A DNA stretch of 60,019 bases, filler included. It is 7 parts of 7 records of this genome, joined end to end, with 100 filler letters (N's around TTAATTAATTAA, not from the genome) between each part and the next. Parts side by side here need not be neighbours in the genome. Positions count along the whole stretch, not along the records: positions 27,354 to 35,658 come from SRR31156797_10195; positions 35,759 to 42,125 come from SRR31156797_10197; 5 more parts are not named here. One strand, given 5' to 3'. A model generated the notes under the pieces. It worked only from the letters and a program-made list of their open reading frames with translations. It was not told the DNA's origin and ran no database searches. Positions 27,354 through 37,339 of the stretch are shown piece by piece. The position numbers were made by a program, and so were the translations under genes. Position 1 is the first letter of the stretch. The number at the start of each line of letters is the position of its first letter.

Positions 27354-29801
27354 ATGAAGATATCATATTCCTGGTTAAAAGATTACATTAAACTGGAACA
27401 ATCACCCGAGGAAATTTGCGACATACTTACGCAAACCGGACTAGAAGTAGGAGGTTTAGAAGAAGTTGAAACAGTTAAGGGAGGTTTACAAGGATTGGTA
27501 ATCGGAGAAGTGGTTACCTGCGAAAAACATCCTAATTCTGATCATCTGAGTAAAACAACAGTAAATGTTGGCACAGATGAAGCCCTGCCGATTGTTTGTG
27601 GAGCACCGAATGTGGCTGCCGGCCAAAAAGTGGTTGTAGCAACTGTAGGGACCACTTTGTACAATGGTGACCAGGAATTTAAAATCAAAAAATCAAAAAT
27701 TCGCGGCGAAGTTTCGATGGGAATGATTTGTGCGGAAGACGAAATTGGCTTAGGTACCGATCACGACGGAATTATGGTACTCGATGAAAATGCCAAAGTG
27801 GGTACTCTTGCAAAAGACTATTTCAATATTGAATCAGACTGGGTAATTGAAATTGACCTCACTCCCAACCGAATCGATGGGGCTTCACATATTGGAGCTG
27901 CCCGTGATTTAGCTGCCTTTCTGAAAAAAACACAAGACATTGAATACACCAAACCTTCGGTTGAGAATTTTAAAGTTGATAACAACGACTTAATTATTCC
28001 TATTGAGGTTGAAAATACGGAGGCATGTCCACGATACTCAGGAGTGACAATCTCCGGAGTGGAAGTAAAAGAATCACCGGAGTGGCTGCAAAACCGGCTA
28101 AAAATGATCGGACTTACTCCAATTAATAATATCGTCGACATTACCAATTATGTTCTTTTTGAAACAGCACAACCTCTTCATGCGTTTGATGCCGACGAAA
28201 TTACAGGCGGAAAAGTGATTGTTAAAACCATGCCTGCCAAAACAAAATTTACAACCCTTGATGAAGTAGAACGAGAGTTGGACGAAAAAGACCTGATGAT
28301 TTGTAATACCAAAGAAGGTATGTGCATTGGTGGTGTTTTTGGCGGAATTAAGTCGGGAGTTAAAGAATCAACCAAAAACATATTTCTCGAAAGTGCCTGT
28401 TTCGATCCGGTATTTATTCGTAAAACCGCTCGCCGCCATGGCTTAAATACCGATGCTTCATTCCGTTTTGAAAGAGGTGTTGATCCAAACAATACAATAT
28501 ATGTTTTAAAACGTGCTGCCATGCTGATAAAAGAGCTTGCCGGTGGTGCAATTTCTTCCAACATCGTCGACATCTATCCTAATCCGATTGAAGATTTTAA
28601 GGTTAGCATCTCTTATGCAAATGTTACGCGTTTAATTGGTAAAGACTTAGAAAAAGAAACAGTAAAAAGCATTCTTGAGTCTTTAGAAATTAAAATTGAA
28701 AAAGAAACTGAAAGCGGTTTGGAGTTAATGGTTCCTGCTTACCGTGTTGATGTGCAGCGTGAAGCGGATGTAATTGAGGAAATACTTAGGATCTACGGTT
28801 ATAATAATATTGAAATACCAACACAGGTAAAATCATCGTTGCAAACGGCCAATAAACCAGACATGGATGCAGTTAAAAACCTGGTTGCAGAAATGCTAAC
28901 TGCTCAGGGATTTAACGAAATATGGTCGAACTCGCTAACAAAAGCCAGCTACTACGAAGGACTAAAAGATTTTAAGGAAGAGCAAACTGTTAAAATGCTG
29001 AATCCACTAAGTGCCGATTTAAATGGTATGCGCCAAACTTTATTGTTTGGAGGATTGGAATGCATTGCCTACAACGCCAATCGCCAAAGTAAAAACCTGA
29101 GAGTTTTTGAATTCGGGAATACCTATTATTATAAAGGAACCCAACTAAAAGACCAACCGGCTAATAACTATTGGGAAGAAAGTCACCTGGGACTTTTTGT
29201 AACGGGGAATAAAGAGGCAGAGAGCTGGACAACAAAAGAAGAGGTTGCGTCATTCTATGGATTAAAAACCTACGCCGAAAATATTCTGAAACGTCTTGGA
29301 TTATCTCAAAATCAACAGGTTTCTGAAACCAACAATGAACTTTGTAGCGAAGGCTTATCTTATAGCTATAATAACAAAACAGTTCTTGAATTGGGAGTTG
29401 TTAGTGGTAAATGGTTAAAAAAGTTCGATATAGAAAATCCGGTTTATTATGCCGATTTTAACTGGGATAATGTTTTTCAGGCGCATAAAAAACACAAAGT
29501 ATTGTTTGAAGAGTTACCAAAATTCCCAGCAGTACGTCGTGATTTGGCTTTATTGATCGATAAATCTGTTAAATTCAGTCAAATAAAAGAACTGGCGTTT
29601 AAACAAGAGCGTCAGTTATTACGCGAAGTTGACCTGTTTGATGTTTACGAGGGCAAAGGAGTTCCGGCAGGTAAAAAATCCTATGCGGTTAGTTTTATCC
29701 TTCGCGACGACAACAAAACATTAAAAGACAAACAAATTGATAAAACAATGCAAAGGTTTATTGCTGCGTTTGGTCGAGAGTTTGGTGCTGAATTACGCTA
29801 A
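27354..29801 (+). CDS. pheT: Phenylalanine--tRNA ligase beta subunit
   Basis: MKISYSWL, CGAPNV, TPNR, RFERG, RRDLAL FDX-ACB domain. Confidence 0.98.
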   Translation: MKISYSWLKDYIKLEQSPEEICDILTQTGLEVGGLEEVETVKGGLQGLVIGEVVTCEKHPNSDHLSKTTVNVGTDEALPIVCGAPNVAAGQKVVVATVGTTLYNGDQEFKIKKSKIRGEVSMGMICAEDEIGLGTDHDGIMVLDENAKVGTLAKDYFNIESDWVIEIDLTPNRIDGASHIGAARDLAAFLKKTQDIEYTKPSVENFKVDNNDLIIPIEVENTEACPRYSGVTISGVEVKESPEWLQNRLKMIGLTPINNIVDITNYVLFETAQPLHAFDADEITGGKVIVKTMPAKTKFTTLDEVERELDEKDLMICNTKEGMCIGGVFGGIKSGVKESTKNIFLESACFDPVFIRKTARRHGLNTDASFRFERGVDPNNTIYVLKRAAMLIKELAGGAISSNIVDIYPNPIEDFKVSISYANVTRLIGKDLEKETVKSILESLEIKIEKETESGLELMVPAYRVDVQREADVIEEILRIYGYNNIEIPTQVKSSLQTANKPDMDAVKNLVAEMLTAQGFNEIWSNSLTKASYYEGLKDFKEEQTVKMLNPLSADLNGMRQTLLFGGLECIAYNANRQSKNLRVFEFGNTYYYKGTQLKDQPANNYWEESHLGLFVTGNKEAESWTTKEEVASFYGLKTYAENILKRLGLSQNQQVSETNNELCSEGLSYSYNNKTVLELGVVSGKWLKKFDIENPVYYADFNWDNVFQAHKKHKVLFEELPKFPAVRRDLALLIDKSVKFSQIKELAFKQERQLLREVDLFDVYEGKGVPAGKKSYAVSFILRDDNKTLKDKQIDKTMQRFIAAFGREFGAELR

Positions 29802-29825
29802 TTGAAACAAACATATAAACGAATC

Positions 29826-29856
29826 AGCATCCCGGATAAAATCCGGGATGCTTGTT
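29826..29856 (+). terminator. Terminator-like hairpin after pheT
   Basis: AGCATCCCGGAT-AAA-ATCCGGGATGCT perfect 12-bp stem then TGTT. Confidence 0.7.
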
Positions 29857-29870
29857 TAAAACATAAGGTA

Positions 29871-30770
29871 ATGCAAAACCACGCCAAAGGAGTAATTTAT
29901 GCTGCAGTCACCGCTTTTTTTTGGGGATTTCTTGCCATTGCCTTAAAAATAGCAGCACAAGTAATTGATCCGGTTACTGTGGTTTGGTTTCGATTTTCAA
30001 TTGCATTTATTATGCTTGCTGTTTGGCAATTGGTAACAGATCGGTCAGCATTTAAAATAATGATAAAACCTCCGCTTTTACTTATTCTTGCTGCTTTTGC
30101 TCTGTCGTGGAATTACATGGGGTATATGCTTGGTATTCACCACACAACACCCAGTAACGCCCAGCTTTTTATCCAAACCGGCCCACTTATTCTGGCAACA
30201 GCTGGTTTTGTTCTTTTTAAAGAAAAAATTCAGCGTCGGCAATTATTGGGTTTTACGATTGCCATTATAGGTTTTTCGTTTTTCTACAGCGATCAGTTAA
30301 ATGCTTTTTTTGATCATGCAGGAACTTATAAAAAAGGAATACTACTTACCATTTCCGGAGCTGTTTCCTGGTCAGTATATGCTATTTTTCAGAAGAAACT
30401 AGTTGTGCATCACCCTACCAACCATCTAAATCTATTTTTATTTGGATTACCTATTTTACTTTTTGCTCCTTTCATCGATTTAAAACCGATTTTACAATTA
30501 AGCTGGATTTGGTGGTTAGTGCTTGTTTTTTTGGGCGCCAATACTTTTATAGCCTATACCTGCATAGCCAATGCTTTAAAATATACCGAAGCAAACAAAG
30601 TCAGTATCATTATTATCCTCAATCCAATGATTACCTTTATAACCATGGGCATACTCACCAAACTAAACGTAACATGGGTTGAGCACGAACGATTTTCATT
30701 AATAACACTTGCAGGAGCAATTTTGGTATTTGCAGGAGCAATTTTAGTAGCCCGAAAAACAAAGAAATAA
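29871..30770 (+). CDS. DMT/EamA family transporter
   Basis: Ten hydrophobic segments, FWG, WFRF, KEK; start moved to ATG 29871 downstream of the hairpin. Confidence 0.9.
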   Translation: MQNHAKGVIYAAVTAFFWGFLAIALKIAAQVIDPVTVVWFRFSIAFIMLAVWQLVTDRSAFKIMIKPPLLLILAAFALSWNYMGYMLGIHHTTPSNAQLFIQTGPLILATAGFVLFKEKIQRRQLLGFTIAIIGFSFFYSDQLNAFFDHAGTYKKGILLTISGAVSWSVYAIFQKKLVVHHPTNHLNLFLFGLPILLFAPFIDLKPILQLSWIWWLVLVFLGANTFIAYTCIANALKYTEANKVSIIIILNPMITFITMGILTKLNVTWVEHERFSLITLAGAILVFAGAILVARKTKK

Positions 30771-30839
30771 ATCCAAATACATTATCAAGGAGGCAGAAAG
30801 ATTCTTGTTATTCTTTCACAATCTTCACATCTTTCTATT

Positions 30840-31271
30840 GTGGGAAAAGAAACAACATATGCGTGTTATCCTTCAAAATGGGTAGAACTATTCTCCGACG
30901 AATTCTTTAGGTTTGCTTCTTACAGGGTAAAAAATAATGAAGTGGCCGAAGACCTTGTACAAGACACCTTTCTTTCGGCCTTAAAATCAATGGATAAATC
31001 CAGGGGCGATTGTCCTGAAAAATCATGGCTTTATAATATCCTACGAAAAAATTATCGATCATTATCAAAAAAAACAAACCAGGAATTAAAACACAACACT
31101 TCGGTTTTTGAAATCGATGAAGACAGCTTCTTGAGTCGTTTTTTTAATTCGGAAGGAAAATACACCAACCATTGGACTGATGATTCAAGTCCAGGAGATT
31201 GGGATATTTCGGCAGACACCATTATAGAAAAGGAGGAAATAATGCAGTTTATTATGCTCTGCCATTTTTAA
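30840..31271 (+). pseudogene. Truncated ECF sigma factor (TIGR02943-like) lacking region 4
   Basis: AEDLVQDTFL, SWL, FF..EG...HW...P.DW; conserved KIIDHY lies in the +1 frame at 31048-31065; ORF stops before the sigma-4 HTH. Confidence 0.75.
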
Positions 31272-31701
31272 ATGATTTGCTACATTTTGAATGGTTGGAA
31301 GCTGAAATATATATGATGGAAGATGTAGAATACCCGGATTTTAAACAAACAAAAAACTGGTTGCCTTTTAAAATAGCTTTAAATCCGGAACATCAGATCA
31401 TTAAACTTTCATATCCCATTCACTTACACACACCTGATAAGCAAGAATGATGAAAGGTGATTATTTTGTGTTACTATATTGCGAAAAAGAAACCGGTCGC
31501 ATTCAGTTTATTCACCTATCTCTTCTGTTTGCCTTTCTGCTAGAAAATATCACGTTGGAACAAAAAACGCTGGAACAGATCTTCACCGACATACGATACA
31601 TCTTTGGGATCAACAACCTCGATATGCTTCAAAAAGAAGCACTGACATTCCTGAAAGATCTACATCAACGAGGTTTTGTTTTGGGAGTTTTGTTGGATTA
31701 A
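31259..31701 (+). pseudogene. C-terminal fragment of a DUF2063/HvfC-like protein, frameshifted
   Basis: PFLNDLLHFEWLE, LNP..YPIH, G.YFVLLY..G.IQF, L..RGFVLG; split at 31447-31450; no N-terminus. Confidence 0.6.
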
Positions 31702-31812
31702 TCAACAATTCTCCCAAAATTTACATATTGATTTATAGTTCAGAAAAATTCTGTATCAGTTATTTCTTAACAAAAAAGAATTAGTTTTTGTATTTTCGAG
31801 AAAAAACTAATT

Positions 31813-32820
31813 ATGCCCAACTTAAGATTTTTGCTTCCTGCGATTCTAATATTTCTTTTATCATGTCAAACAAAAGAATCAAAAATAATAACAGTTACAG
31901 GAGCAATTCCTGCAAGCGAGATTGGTAAAACCCTGCATCACGAGCATATCTTGGTTGATTTTATTGGTGCAGACAGTACCGGTTACCATCGTTGGAATAA
32001 GGAAGAAGTTATTGACAAGGTTCTTCCCTACTTGTTGGAAATAAAAAAGCTTGGCTACAAAACATTGGTCGAATGTACTCCTGAATATCTTGGACGCGAT
32101 CCACAGTTGTTAAAAATGCTTTCTGAAAAATCAGGGATTCAGATTCTTACAAATGTTGGTTATTATAGTCCCTTTGGCGGAAAATATTTGCCCAGACACT
32201 ATTTTGATGAATCGCCACAACAACTAGCCAACCGTTGGATTGATCAAACCATGAATGGAATTGAAGGAACAGATATTTACCCGGGATTTATAAAAATAGC
32301 TGTAGACCGGGCTCCTTTAAAACCAATAAACCGTAAAGTTGTTGAAGCAGCCTGTATTACACACAAGGCAACCGGATTAACCATTATGTCGCACACAGGC
32401 CTGGCTGTACCAGCTTTTCAACAACTGAAGATTTTAAAGGAATATGGTGTACATCCGTCTGCTTTTATTTGGACTCACGCTAACAATGAAAAAGACAATA
32501 TTAAACATCTGGAAGCAGCAAAAATGGGTGCATGGATCGCTTTCGATAAGTTTACGCCAAAAAATCAGCAGGAATTTGTCGAATTTGCATTATTGATGAA
32601 AAAAGAAGGACTTCTGCACAAACTCCTGTTTTCGCATGATGCAGGCTGGTACAAACCCGAACAACCAAATGGTGGCAAGTTCAAATCTTTTACCGATATT
32701 GAAAACTACCTCATTCCTGCACTACTTGAAAACGGCTTAACCCAACCTGATATTAACCGGCTTTTTGTACGAAATCCGGCAGAGGCTTTTAAAGTAAATA
32801 TTAGGTTGACTAAAGGTTGA
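31813..32820 (+). CDS. Phosphotriesterase/lactonase family lipoprotein
   Basis: Lipobox LLSC; HEH, IKI, SHT, THA, SHD metal ligands; NPA. Confidence 0.88.
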   Translation: MPNLRFLLPAILIFLLSCQTKESKIITVTGAIPASEIGKTLHHEHILVDFIGADSTGYHRWNKEEVIDKVLPYLLEIKKLGYKTLVECTPEYLGRDPQLLKMLSEKSGIQILTNVGYYSPFGGKYLPRHYFDESPQQLANRWIDQTMNGIEGTDIYPGFIKIAVDRAPLKPINRKVVEAACITHKATGLTIMSHTGLAVPAFQQLKILKEYGVHPSAFIWTHANNEKDNIKHLEAAKMGAWIAFDKFTPKNQQEFVEFALLMKKEGLLHKLLFSHDAGWYKPEQPNGGKFKSFTDIENYLIPALLENGLTQPDINRLFVRNPAEAFKVNIRLTKG

Positions 32821-32992
32821 TCTTTTTAAAAAAATTCGTTTCATCTCCCCTTCCACTTTAACATCTTACTAAAATATGTTTTAAATCATTATTGTGTAAC
32901 AAATTCCCGCATTTTCGTATATTCATAAATAAGAGGCAGATAGTACTACCTCATTCTTTTTTATTGGGATTTAACTTATAAAAAGTATAGCT

Positions 32993-33865
32993 ATGAAATA
33001 CCGGTCAAATAGTATTCTGGCACACATCCCTCAAAACCGCGATGGAGAGCATATTTTAAAACAAACCTTGTTCTTTTGTAACACATTGGGGATGCGTGCT
33101 TTCCTGTTAGATGTGATAAAAACAAAGTCACTTCTTCTACACAATCCAAAGTCAAAACGTAACCAGATTCGTCATCAGGGTGCATTGAATAAATTTACAA
33201 ATTTTGTAAAAAAAGCACTTGAGGGTGATATTCCAAATAACATAATATTGCGAATTGGATGGGGTAAAATTATAAATACCTTAATCAATGAATCGGAACG
33301 TGGCGGATATGAATTTGTTCTTCTGGATAAAAGTGAAAAAAGGAATGCAGAAGGCTTGTCGAAAGAAGATATCGATAAATATGTAAGTAAATCTTTTTGC
33401 CCGGTTTTAACCATTAACAAAGATTATCCGGTTGAAAGAATTGATAAAATTGTAATTCCAATTGATATTTCGCAACGAACAAAAAAAAGGTTGTACTGGG
33501 CAACTTTTTTTGCACAGAAGTTTAATGCAAAAATCCATATCGTATCTGCACTGAATATTGACATTGATGAAACCAAAAGTCTGGCTTATAAAAATGCTGA
33601 AAAACTTAAGCACATGTTGCAGGACCGTGGTGTTGATTGCGATGTAAAAATATTAAAAGTACACAGGCAGGAAAAACATAAAGCTATTGTTGATTATATA
33701 CAACAAATAGAACCAGAACTGGTAATCATCCGAACCCACCAGGAAATTAGGTTTTCAGGAAGAAAAATTGGCAAATTTGTATCAGAGATCGTTCATGGTT
33801 GCCAGATTCCTGTCTTTACTGTTGGTGGTGTTACCCAAAGTTTCGATTTAAAATCCACATCTTAA
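32993..33865 (+). CDS. Universal stress protein (tandem USP domains)
   Basis: S.CPVLTI, IVIPIDIS, G...EIVH...IPVFTV. Confidence 0.82.
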   Translation: MKYRSNSILAHIPQNRDGEHILKQTLFFCNTLGMRAFLLDVIKTKSLLLHNPKSKRNQIRHQGALNKFTNFVKKALEGDIPNNIILRIGWGKIINTLINESERGGYEFVLLDKSEKRNAEGLSKEDIDKYVSKSFCPVLTINKDYPVERIDKIVIPIDISQRTKKRLYWATFFAQKFNAKIHIVSALNIDIDETKSLAYKNAEKLKHMLQDRGVDCDVKILKVHRQEKHKAIVDYIQQIEPELVIIRTHQEIRFSGRKIGKFVSEIVHGCQIPVFTVGGVTQSFDLKSTS

Positions 33866-33884
33866 TCCAAAATAGTCGAATACG

Positions 33885-34511
33885 ATGACGGACAGAATTG
33901 AAGAAATAACGAAAAAGATATATAACGAAGGAGTTATAAAAGCCAAAAACGAAGCAAAGCAAATAATTGCAGAAGCAAAGGTAAAGGCTGACGAAATAAT
34001 CTCTTCTGCCAAAAATGTTCATGACCAGATTCTTCAGGATTCCAAAAAGAAAGCAGAAGAAGAAAAAAGAAAAGCCGAGGTCGAAATAAAACTTGCAGCT
34101 CGCCAGTTTACCAGCAATTTAAAACAAAGAATTACTAAGATTATTACTACAAAACAAATTCAACCAGTAATAAAGGAAGCTTTTAGCGATAAAGAATTCA
34201 TTCATGATATTATTCTGATTGTTCTTAAAAACTGGAAACAGGAAGAAGCTGATAAAATTGACCTTAAAGTGCTACTACCCCAGGATAAAGAGGAAGAGTT
34301 AACTGCATTCTTCAATTCAAAGGCCACCAGGATTTTAAATAAGGGGATAGAATTGAATTTTGATTCAAAACTGGAATCAGGTTTTCAAATCGGTCCCCGG
34401 GATGGTAGCTACCTCATAAGTTTTACAGATCGGGATTTCGAAAATTATTTTACGCAATACTTTAAAGAAAAAACAAAGAAGTTACTTTTTGATGCCACTG
34501 GTAATGATTAA
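33885..34511 (+). CDS. V-type ATP synthase subunit E
   Basis: KIYNEGV.KA coiled coil, GFQIGP.DG.Y.ISF; position in operon. Confidence 0.88.
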   Translation: MTDRIEEITKKIYNEGVIKAKNEAKQIIAEAKVKADEIISSAKNVHDQILQDSKKKAEEEKRKAEVEIKLAARQFTSNLKQRITKIITTKQIQPVIKEAFSDKEFIHDIILIVLKNWKQEEADKIDLKVLLPQDKEEELTAFFNSKATRILNKGIELNFDSKLESGFQIGPRDGSYLISFTDRDFENYFTQYFKEKTKKLLFDATGND

Positions 34512-34611
34512 CGGCACTTTAAGTATCCCGATTGAATTGAGAGGGAACTATTACGGGCGCCTTAGTTATACCGGGCTTTAAATGTTTTTTAAAACCATTT
34601 AAAATTCGGTT

Positions 34612-35466
34612 ATGCTAAAAAAAGAGTACTACTGTTTGGTTTCCGGGCTCCCCGATTTGTTCTTTAACGAAGACAAAGTGGCTTATAGCAGTCATGATTT
34701 TCGGAACGAGCTGCAACACCAACTTAGTCTTTCGGACTACAAGCTGGTTGAGTATCTTTTTTTGCCATTTGATAACCAAAATCTACTAAATTTTATTTTT
34801 GAACGCCCCACGCTAAATTCCTGCCCCGGAGTTTTTACTTCCAAAGAACTGGAAGCTCAACTATCACCTGAAAATGAAATCATTCAGCTTCCTTCATACA
34901 TGTTGGAGTTTCTAAAATGGGTGAAAAAACAGGAAATGAAAAAATATAGTATCGAGGCCGAAAATATTCTTTACAGTCTTTATTTTGAATACGCTATAAA
35001 ATGCAAAAATAACTTTCTTATTAACTGGTTAAAATTTGAACTAAATACTAAAAATATCCTAACAGCCTTTAGCTGCAAAAAACACAATTACCCTGCAGCA
35101 AAACAACTGGTTGCCACCAAGCAAGAAACACAGATTTATTCACTTCTGATAAATGATAAGTTAAAACCTGAACTTTTCGAAGATGATGTGCCATTTCATA
35201 ATCAACTTTTTAAATTGGCAAACGCTCAAATGTCGATGATCGATCGCGAAAAGGCCTTAGATAAGATAAAATGGGATTATTTGGATGAACACACCTACTT
35301 CCATTATTTCACCATTGAGAAAATACTGAGTTATGTAATTAAGTTGCAAACAATTGAACGTTGGATGAAACTGGACACTAAAACAGGTCAACAGTTTTTG
35401 AATAATATGATTGATGAATTAAAAACAAGCTACAAATTCCCTCCGGAATTTAGTTTGAACAAATAA
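34612..35466 (+). CDS. DUF2764 / V-type ATPase subunit C-like
   Basis: YYCLVSGLPDL, REK.LD..KW, ERW..LD...G; lies between subunits E and A. Confidence 0.85.
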   Translation: MLKKEYYCLVSGLPDLFFNEDKVAYSSHDFRNELQHQLSLSDYKLVEYLFLPFDNQNLLNFIFERPTLNSCPGVFTSKELEAQLSPENEIIQLPSYMLEFLKWVKKQEMKKYSIEAENILYSLYFEYAIKCKNNFLINWLKFELNTKNILTAFSCKKHNYPAAKQLVATKQETQIYSLLINDKLKPELFEDDVPFHNQLFKLANAQMSMIDREKALDKIKWDYLDEHTYFHYFTIEKILSYVIKLQTIERWMKLDTKTGQQFLNNMIDELKTSYKFPPEFSLNK

Positions 35467-35472
35467 TAAAGT

Positions 35473-35658
35473 ATGGCTACAACAGGAAAAGTTGCTGGGA
35501 TTATTGCCAACCTGGTTATTATTGAGGTTGATGGCCCTGTTTCGCAAAACGAAATCTGCTACATAAATCATGTAGGAACAAAACTAATGGCCGAAGTTAT
35601 TCGCATTGGTTCGAAAAACGCATATATACAGGTTTTTGAAAGTACCCGCGGATTAAAA
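35473..35658 (+). CDS. V-type ATP synthase subunit A, 5' fragment
   Basis: MATTGKV..II.NLV, QNEIC, LMAEVIRI, QVFESTRGL. Confidence 0.92.
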
Positions 35659-35758
35659 NNNNNNNNNNNNNNNNNNNNNNNNNNNNNNNNNNNNNNNNNN
35701 NNTTAATTAATTAANNNNNNNNNNNNNNNNNNNNNNNNNNNNNNNNNNNNNNNNNNNN
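35659..35758. other. Artificial contig linker
   Basis: N44-TTAATTAATTAA-N44. Confidence 0.98.
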
Positions 35759-35760
35759 TT

Positions 35761-35880
35761 GAAAATCGTGAGCAGATTGAAATCTCTAGATATTACGAAA
35801 GATTACCTAAGCCTTCGGCTATTGCAACTCAGGAATTTGTTGAGAATAAGGTGTATCATCGTAATGCAGATAAGGAATAG
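35761..35880 (+). CDS. rpoZ: RNA polymerase omega subunit (Bacteroidota type), 3' fragment
   Basis: Manual translation ENREQIEISRYYERLPKPSAIATQEF; usual position upstream of coaBC. Confidence 0.85.
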   Translation, partial: ENREQIEISRYYERLPKPSAIATQEFVENKVYHRNADKE

Positions 35881-35921
35881 TTAAAACTACTGGTTCATGG
35901 AACCGCATTATAGGAATTTGT

Positions 35922-35964
35922 AAAAAAGGTAAAGGAAGTGATTAGTATTTCTTTTATCTTTTTT
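35922..35964 (+). terminator. Putative terminator after rpoZ
   Basis: AAAAAAGGTAAAGGAAGT...ATTTCTTTTATCTTTTTT imperfect stem with T tract. Confidence 0.45.
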
Positions 35965-36104
35965 CGTTTATAATAAGTTGTTTCGGGTGTTGAGGTGAAC
36001 TTTCTTAAATAGTTTTAATGAATTATTTTGGATTGTTTTGATTTAATACCGATGATCAAATATCAATAAAATATACTTTTAAAGTATAAAATTCATTTCT
36101 TGAT

Positions 36105-37316
36105 ATGATTCTTAAGGACAAAAAAATAATACTAGGAATTACTGGAAGTATTGCTGCATATAAAGCTGCGTACTTGTTACGTTTTCTTGTAAAAGAAGGA
36201 GCCAATGTTCAGGTAATAATGACTCCTGCAGCAAAAGAGTTTATAACGCCTGTTACCATGTCGGCCTTGTCGGGAAAACCTGTTTTAGGTAGCTTCTTCG
36301 AAAATAAAGACGGAACCTGGCATAGTCATGTAGATTTAGGTATATGGGCCGATTTAATGCTAATTGCTCCTGCATCTGCTAATACTATGGGTAAGATGGC
36401 AACTGGAATTTGCGACAATTTGTTACTGACTACTTATTTATCGGCAAAATGTCCTGTTTTTATAGCTCCGGCTATGGATTTAGATATGTATCGTCATCCT
36501 GCTAATTTAAAAAATATTGAAACTCTTATTCAATATGGAGCGCATGTTATTGAACCTGGAGTAGGCGAGCTAGCAAGTGGTCTTCATGGAAAGGGTAGAA
36601 TGGAAGAGCCTGAAAATATCGTAAAAAAAATAAAAGCTTTTTTTCAGGGTGAGATGGTGCAGGGCAAAGGAGAATTAACGGGAAGAAAGTTTTTAGTGAA
36701 TGCAGGTCCTACTTACGAGAAAATTGATCCGGTTAGATTTATTGGTAATTTTTCTTCCGGAAAGATGGGCTATCATGTAGCAGAGGTATTGGCCGAGAAA
36801 GGAGCAGAGGTGACTTTAGTTTCCGGGCCTGTAAATATAAAAACAGAGCACCCTCGGGTTCATGTGATTCCAGTTACTTCAGCACAAGAAATGAGTGATG
36901 CTTGTGTAAAATATTATCCGGATTGTGATGGAGCTGTGCTTTCAGCAGCTGTGGCGGATTATTCTCCAGAGATGGTAGCTGATCAAAAAATTAAGAGTAC
37001 CAATGATGACTTAAATCTATCATTAAAGGCTACTCCGGATATTGCTCAGCAATTGGGTAATATTAAAAGAAAAGGGCAGTTGTTGGTTGGGTTTGCACTG
37101 GAAACTCAGAATGCAGTAGAAAATGCCATTAAAAAGCTCGAAAAGAAAAATATGGATTTTATCGTATTGAATTCTTTGGAGAATAAAGGTGCAGGATTTG
37201 GAGTGGATACGAATAAAATTACCATCATAGATAATGAAAATAATATGGAGGAATTTTCGTTAAAAAATAAACGGGATGTAGCCATTGATATTGTAAATAA
37301 GATTTTATCAATGTAA
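36105..37316 (+). CDS. coaBC: Phosphopantothenoylcysteine decarboxylase / phosphopantothenate--cysteine ligase
   Basis: GITGSIAAYK, PAMD, GKGRM.EP, IDPVRFIGNFSSGKMG, VGFALET. Confidence 0.97.
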   Translation: MILKDKKIILGITGSIAAYKAAYLLRFLVKEGANVQVIMTPAAKEFITPVTMSALSGKPVLGSFFENKDGTWHSHVDLGIWADLMLIAPASANTMGKMATGICDNLLLTTYLSAKCPVFIAPAMDLDMYRHPANLKNIETLIQYGAHVIEPGVGELASGLHGKGRMEEPENIVKKIKAFFQGEMVQGKGELTGRKFLVNAGPTYEKIDPVRFIGNFSSGKMGYHVAEVLAEKGAEVTLVSGPVNIKTEHPRVHVIPVTSAQEMSDACVKYYPDCDGAVLSAAVADYSPEMVADQKIKSTNDDLNLSLKATPDIAQQLGNIKRKGQLLVGFALETQNAVENAIKKLEKKNMDFIVLNSLENKGAGFGVDTNKITIIDNENNMEEFSLKNKRDVAIDIVNKILSM

Positions 37317-37339
37317 TTATTTATTTAAACCAATATACT

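Noticed and set aside
29802-29870. TTG-started extension of the DMT transporter
   Set aside because: Runs through the pheT terminator hairpin; ATG 29871 is more plausible
31448-31450. TGA in the DUF2063-like fragment as possible selenocysteine or readthrough
   Set aside because: The protein continues in a different frame, so this is a frameshift rather than recoding
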